Assembly (NCBI GenBank): GCA_049322255.1
Contig: JBMORE010000030.1
Coordinates: 1-32,382 of the forward strand
From: Myxococcota bacterium
GTDB lineage: Bacteria; Myxococcota; Myxococcia; Myxococcales; Myxococcaceae
DNA length: 32,382 nt
Reading direction: 5' to 3'
The translations under genes were made by a program, and so were the position numbers. Below the pieces are notes generated by a model. That model was given only the letters and a program-made list of their open reading frames with translations. It was not told the DNA's origin and searched no databases. Below are positions 27,413 to 32,382 of the stretch, piece by piece (position 1 is the first letter of the stretch; the number at the start of each line of letters is the position of its first letter).

Positions 27413-28077
27413 GTCGCCACCGCTGGAAAGACGAGACTACCGATGGCCGCGAGTTGCGAGCCGCCCGCCTGTTGGCCGACGGAGACCCCGGCGTGCTGAT
27501 TTCGGCGCTCGGGCCGTTGGGCCAGCGCCCACCTCGCCGCGCACCGGGGAGGCTGCGGACGGGAGTCGTCGCGGTCGCGGTGCTGAGCTTCAGCGCCACC
27601 TTGGCTTCTGCCGCGAGCTTTGCCGCCTGGCGTCTATGGCCGGGAAAGGAGCCGGCTCCGGTCACCCGCCCGGTCGCATCGCCACCTCCCCAGGGCAACG
27701 AGGGGCTGGCGCAGGAGGTCGAGACGTTGCGACGCGCGCTCGAGTCGCTTTCTCGAAACGACCCAGAACAGTCGCTGCAAATTCTCGCCAGCTACGAAGG
27801 CCGCAGCGTTCAGCTCGAAGTCGACCGCCGAGTGGTTCAAGCGCGCGCACTCATGATGCTGTCGCGCTACGACGGTGCCCTGGCTGTTTTCAACGCGCTC
27901 TCGGAGGACCGGCTGACCCCGGGGCTCATCTTGCTGTGGGCAGATGCCCTGCAACGCAAGAACCAATGTGTGCAGGCGCAAACGATGCTCGACCGGCTCG
28001 AAGGTCAGCCGCTGTCGGGCGAAGAGCGAGATGCGCAGAAACGGTTACGGGCGCGATGCGCTGCCGGGCGACCTTGA
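27409..28077 (+). CDS. single-TM protein with periplasmic TPR-like domain, putative anti-sigma factor
   Basis: ATGA coupling to the sigma gene; short cytoplasmic N-terminus, TM (GVVAVAVLSFSATLASAA), helical repeat C-terminus. Confidence 0.7.
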   Translation: MSRHRWKDETTDGRELRAARLLADGDPGVLISALGPLGQRPPRRAPGRLRTGVVAVAVLSFSATLASAASFAAWRLWPGKEPAPVTRPVASPPPQGNEGLAQEVETLRRALESLSRNDPEQSLQILASYEGRSVQLEVDRRVVQARALMMLSRYDGALAVFNALSEDRLTPGLILLWADALQRKNQCVQAQTMLDRLEGQPLSGEERDAQKRLRARCAAGRP

Positions 28078-29486
28078 TGAGCCGCACGGTTGCCTGTGTC
28101 GCGTGGGCTTGTTTGGCCTGCAACCCGTATGTCGTGGGGGAGCGCGCTTCGCCACCGTCGACTTGTCTGGGGCAGCTTCAGCCGTTGGGTGGCTCGGCGA
28201 GCGGCGGCGGCGTCACCAACCGCAGCGTCACCACCGCCTGTGCGCGGGTGGCACTCGACCCTCGAGGCACCCCCTACGTGGCTTGGGGTGACCGCTCGTC
28301 GGGAACCAACGAGGTCTACTTGCGTCGCTGGGACGGCCAAGGCTGGGTGGGCGTCGGAGGCTCTGACGCAGACGGTGGGTTGTCCCTCGGCTCCGGCTCT
28401 GGTCTCGACAACGGCTACCGCAGCTGCATGGGAGACGTCGCGTTCGACGACCAGGGTCGAGCCTATGCGACGTGGGCCAACTACGACGGCACCCAGCAGA
28501 GCATCTACGTGCGCCGGTGGAATGGCTCGAGCTGGGAGGAGTTGGGTGCTTCCGCCCGCGGCACCGGAGTGGCGACGACGGCCTTCAACTGGTGGCCGCG
28601 TCTCTCGGTGCGCCCCGCGGGCGCCGCGGTGGTGTGGTCGCGCGCCTCCGAAGTGTATCTCTCCTGGTGGGACGGCAGCGCCTGGCGGCAACTGGCCGGT
28701 TCGGCCACCTTCCCCGGCGTCTCTGGTGCTGGCTCCGATGCGAAGCTGCCGGTGGTGGTGAGTGGCGCGAACGACGAGCTCTTCGTCGCATGGGAAGAGA
28801 TGCGACCAGGTGGTGCCACCGCGGTCTACTTGCGCCGCTGGAACGGCTCGGTGTGGGACGAGCTGAACGGTTCGGCCACTGGCCCAGGGCTGTCGTCCTC
28901 GACGGGGTCGGCAGCGTTCGTTTCGATTGCTCACACCGACAACGGTCCTGTCGTGTCGTGGGAACAGACCGAGACGGACGGTGGCGTCGATGTGCTCCTT
29001 CGCCGCTGGGATGGCGCCGGTTGGGCCTCTGCCACCGGCGTCACCCTGCGTGAAGCAGGATTGAGCCGTGCGCCGCGCCGTCCCAAGCTGGCAGTGGGGG
29101 CGGAGCAAGAGCTGTACGTCGCGTGGGAGCAAGACGAGCCCGCAGGCACCTCGGTGCAGCTCGCGCGTTGGACCGGGTCAGAGTGGGAGCATTGCGGTGG
29201 AAGCGAAACCTTGGTGGCCACGGAGGTACGCTCCACCTGGCCTGTTTTGGCTGCCACCGGTGACGGCCACCTCGCGCTGTCCTGGTTCGAGGAGACAGCC
29301 CCCGGCGTCTTACAAGTCTTTCTCGCCAAAGGAAGTGTAGCTCCTACTGGAGCGGCCCCAAGCGCTGGGAGTTACCAGGCCGGGGCAGGCTGCGCCGTCG
29401 TTCCTGGCTCCACCCTGCCGCTGATGGCAGCGTTGTTCGTGAGCTCGAATCTGAAAAAGGGGAATCGCAAGAGGAGAGGCACATGA
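28077..29486 (+). CDS. lipoprotein with Trp-rich propeller-like repeats and MYXO-CTERM-like tail
   Basis: MSRTVACVAWACLAC lipobox; about six VAW...YLRRW[DN]GxxW repeats; GAGCAVVPG-hydrophobic-KKGNRKRR end. Confidence 0.85.
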   Translation: MSRTVACVAWACLACNPYVVGERASPPSTCLGQLQPLGGSASGGGVTNRSVTTACARVALDPRGTPYVAWGDRSSGTNEVYLRRWDGQGWVGVGGSDADGGLSLGSGSGLDNGYRSCMGDVAFDDQGRAYATWANYDGTQQSIYVRRWNGSSWEELGASARGTGVATTAFNWWPRLSVRPAGAAVVWSRASEVYLSWWDGSAWRQLAGSATFPGVSGAGSDAKLPVVVSGANDELFVAWEEMRPGGATAVYLRRWNGSVWDELNGSATGPGLSSSTGSAAFVSIAHTDNGPVVSWEQTETDGGVDVLLRRWDGAGWASATGVTLREAGLSRAPRRPKLAVGAEQELYVAWEQDEPAGTSVQLARWTGSEWEHCGGSETLVATEVRSTWPVLAATGDGHLALSWFEETAPGVLQVFLAKGSVAPTGAAPSAGSYQAGAGCAVVPGSTLPLMAALFVSSNLKKGNRKRRGT

Positions 29487-32382
29487 AGCGCCAAACTGCT
29501 CTGTTCGTTTTCTCGCTGACCACCGGCGTGAGCCTTCTTTTTGCCGCGCGTGCCGAGGCCGCCAGCCACTATGTCCGCGCGGATGCTGGCGGAAACGGTT
29601 CCGGCTCCGACTGGACGAACGCTTACACGGCGTTGCCCACGACGCTCATCCGCGGAGACATCTACTATGTCGCCGATGGGGTCTACGGTGGCTATTCGTT
29701 CGATGACGCCGAGCTGGCCCTGCAACCCATCGTCGTCTTGAAGGCAACCGCGGCCGACCACGGCACCGAGGTCGGGTGGGATGGCAGCTACGGAGATGGG
29801 CAAGCAAGGTTCGGCCGGCTGGTGTTTTCCAGCGATTACTACGTCTTTGATGGAAACCGTTCGAACGGGTACGGGTTCTTGCTTCAGAGCGCCGGAGGAA
29901 CCGACGTCGTCAACCTGGGAAACTATGGCGCCGGTACGAGCCACAACACCATCAAGAGCACTTCCATCGACTGCCAGGGCGCGGCAGGGCAAAGAGCCAT
30001 CTTCGCCGCGGACAGTGACAACCTGGTGTTGTCCAACGTCGAGGCATGGAATTGCGACAACGACCTATTGGGAGCCAGGAATCTCACCAACCTCGTGATT
30101 GAGGGTTCCCACTTTCACACGAGGAACAACGCGGGCGTGGGCACGCATGGAGACGCAATCGAAATCACATCTTCAAGCAACGTGACCATCCGGAACACCA
30201 TCTTCGATTGGGCAGGGCAGATTCTATTCTTCGGCGGAGACACTTCAGGCGCGAACGGACGATTCGACGTCTACGGAAACGTATTCAGCGGAGGTGGGAA
30301 TTCCGGGCAGGGGATTGTACGCAACAGCTCCGGAACGGGCGGACCCATCAACGTGTACAACAACACCTTCTACGGGCTCGACACGGAGAACATCGAGTCG
30401 GGAATGACATACGGCGGCATCGTCAACAACCTGTTTGTCGCCGGTGCTGACAAGACGGCAGGAGCCACCACCGGAAGGGATTACAATTACTACACCGACG
30501 ACTACACGGATTACGGTGCCGATCCCCACCATCAACGTGGTCCGAGCATTCTGAGCAACCCGGCGCAGGGTGACTATGCGCTTTCCGTGGCCACCAATGC
30601 TGGAGCAGATTTGTTGAGCTTCCAGCCCTTGTACGGAAGCCTCGTGGTCGACAGGAATGGGCGACAGCGGGGCGCCGACGGAGTGTGGGATCGGGGCGCG
30701 TTCGAGTTTTCAGCCAACGCTCCACCTCCTCCGAATGACGGTGGGGTCGCTCCCGTCGATGCCGGCCCGGTGGTGGATGCGGGCTCGAATGACGATGCCG
30801 GCAGTGTTTCAGATGGCGGCCACTCCGAGAACATTCAGGAGGACGGGGGCGAGGTGGGCCCTGGGGGGGTCGACCAGGAGCCGGGCGTCGGGTGCGGGTG
30901 CCAGAACGTTTCTGGGTTGCTCACGCTCTCGTCTCTGCTTGGCTTGGTGGTCCTCATGCGCCTTTCTCGACGGCCGGGTCATCGGGCGATGCCGAGCCAA
31001 CGAGGAAGCGTGACACTTCGAAACGTCCTGCGGCTATTCGCTCTGCTCGTTCTTGTCGCCAGCGAAGCGAACGCGGCAAACCATTACGTCCGGGCCGGTG
31101 CCGCGGGTGCCGATAACGGCTCCGATTGGACGAACGCCTACGCGTCACTCCCTCCGACGCTGGTTCGAGGGGATACGTACTACGTCGCCGATGGCGCGTA
31201 TGGGAGCTACACGTTCAATGACCAGGCCGCATCGACATCGCTCATCACGGTGAAGAAGGCGACGAGCGCTGACCACGGGACGAATACCGGGTGGGACGAG
31301 ACATACGGCGACGGCCAGGCGATCTTCACCGGGTGGGTCTTCGACACATCGTATTGGCTGGTCGATGGGCAGACAGGAGGGGGCCCTGGGAGCTGGGAAG
31401 CGGATCACGGGTTCCGAGTCAAGACGACTGGCGGCGGGGCCAAGACCGTTCGGGTCAACGCCGACAACGTCGAAATCCGGCATGCCGACCTGGAGAACTC
31501 CGGAATGGACGTCGCTGGGTCCGGCGACACCGTCTACACCCTCGGAGCGATGAACCTCCGGCTCTCGCACTGCTGGCTCCACAACACCAATCGGACCAAC
31601 GTCCTCGTCAGCGGACCGATGGATGGCTTCGTCCTGGAATACAGCCTGGTTTCCGAGCGGCACAACACAGACGGCCTCCACGGCGAGCACATGTCCATCA
31701 ACAACACCGGAACGGGACGAAACAACGTCATCCGCCACAACATTTTTCGGAACGCGGGCGGTGCAAACACCGGCGTCATCGTCATCAAGGACTCCGTACA
31801 ATCCGGCTGGAAGATATACGGCAACGTCTTTTACAACACGCCGGGCTTCCCTGCGGTTTGCTCGGACGGCATCATCACTGACACCACCGGCGACAGCTCG
31901 ACCGACATAAAAATATACAACAACACATTTTTGCCTCATCCCGGCATCAACGGGAATGCGACCGTGGTTTCGTGGGACGTGCCGACAGGCAATGCGTTCA
32001 AAAACAATGTTGTCTTCGGCGGTTCCACTGTCATAGGGGTGGCTGCCCGAGACTTTAACTTATGGGATTCCTCGGCGGGAGCCTCCCAGGAGGCGAATGG
32101 GCAGTACTGGTCGGCTGGACAGAACGCTCTGTTCAAGAATCCGTCCGCATATGACTACACGTTGCAAGTCGCCACGGATGCCGCGGACAGCACCATTGGA
32201 TCCGAGTACAGCGTCGACATGCTCGGGGTCGTCCGAGGGAGCTTCGGAGTGTGGGACCGGGGCGCGTTCGAGTTTTCGGCCGCCGCTCCGCCTCCTCCGA
32301 ATGACGGTGGCGCCGCCCCCATGGATGCCGGCCCGGCTGTGGATGCGGGCTCGACCGATGATGCTGGGTCAAGCGCCGACGC
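29483..32382 (+). CDS. second multi-module surface polyprotein (partial, at least 966 aa, runs off the window; absent from the ORF track)
   Basis: hand translation from ATG 29483 (RBS GAGGAGAGG): MKRQ...AEA|ASHYVRAD...WDRGAFEF-linker-GCGCQNV-TM-RR, then in frame VTLRNVLRLFALLVLVASEANA|ANHYVRAG...WDRGAFEF; no stop up to 32382. Confidence 0.88.
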   Translation, partial: MKRQTALFVFSLTTGVSLLFAARAEAASHYVRADAGGNGSGSDWTNAYTALPTTLIRGDIYYVADGVYGGYSFDDAELALQPIVVLKATAADHGTEVGWDGSYGDGQARFGRLVFSSDYYVFDGNRSNGYGFLLQSAGGTDVVNLGNYGAGTSHNTIKSTSIDCQGAAGQRAIFAADSDNLVLSNVEAWNCDNDLLGARNLTNLVIEGSHFHTRNNAGVGTHGDAIEITSSSNVTIRNTIFDWAGQILFFGGDTSGANGRFDVYGNVFSGGGNSGQGIVRNSSGTGGPINVYNNTFYGLDTENIESGMTYGGIVNNLFVAGADKTAGATTGRDYNYYTDDYTDYGADPHHQRGPSILSNPAQGDYALSVATNAGADLLSFQPLYGSLVVDRNGRQRGADGVWDRGAFEFSANAPPPPNDGGVAPVDAGPVVDAGSNDDAGSVSDGGHSENIQEDGGEVGPGGVDQEPGVGCGCQNVSGLLTLSSLLGLVVLMRLSRRPGHRAMPSQRGSVTLRNVLRLFALLVLVASEANAANHYVRAGAAGADNGSDWTNAYASLPPTLVRGDTYYVADGAYGSYTFNDQAASTSLITVKKATSADHGTNTGWDETYGDGQAIFTGWVFDTSYWLVDGQTGGGPGSWEADHGFRVKTTGGGAKTVRVNADNVEIRHADLENSGMDVAGSGDTVYTLGAMNLRLSHCWLHNTNRTNVLVSGPMDGFVLEYSLVSERHNTDGLHGEHMSINNTGTGRNNVIRHNIFRNAGGANTGVIVIKDSVQSGWKIYGNVFYNTPGFPAVCSDGIITDTTGDSSTDIKIYNNTFLPHPGINGNATVVSWDVPTGNAFKNNVVFGGSTVIGVAARDFNLWDSSAGASQEANGQYWSAGQNALFKNPSAYDYTLQVATDAADSTIGSEYSVDMLGVVRGSFGVWDRGAFEFSAAAPPPPNDGGAAPMDAGPAVDAGSTDDAGSSAD
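30680..30788 (+). repeat. module-tail direct repeat, copy A
   Basis: 97/109 identical by hand alignment to 32246-32354. Confidence 0.85.
32246..32354 (+). repeat. module-tail direct repeat, copy B
   Basis: 97/109 identical to 30680-30788. Confidence 0.85.

Noticed and set aside
27636..28076. N-terminal extension of the 616-aa ORF
   Set aside because: Overlaps the TM-TPR gene in another frame; the lipoprotein signal starts at ATG 28077.
22587..32382. Diversity-generating retroelement or invertase shufflon as the source of module variation
   Set aside because: No reverse transcriptase or recombinase in the window, and repeat mismatches are not adenine-specific.

Overview
High-GC chromosomal window that looks myxobacterial (MXAN_5187-type C-terminal domain, MYXO-CTERM tails, Ser/Thr kinase, F0-only atp operon). 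Bases 1-22.6 kb hold housekeeping and envelope genes (sterol-desaturase family, TolB-like propeller, lspA-lgt, kdsC-like, hemL, atpZ/I-B-E-F, ychF). They also hold an intact RHH/PIN toxin-antitoxin pair, two apparently decayed TA remnants, and two copies of a 39-bp palindromic element sitting at gene starts. From 22.6 kb to the end, an ECF sigma / TM-TPR partner / beta-barrel cassette is flanked by two divergent long ORFs. Each is an apparent polyprotein: signal peptide - beta-helix module - linker - MYXO-CTERM anchor, running in frame with no stop into a second signal peptide and a second divergent module. The + strand one (29483 to window end) is missing from the ORF track because it has no stop in the window. 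All family assignments come from motif recognition by eye; no searches were run.
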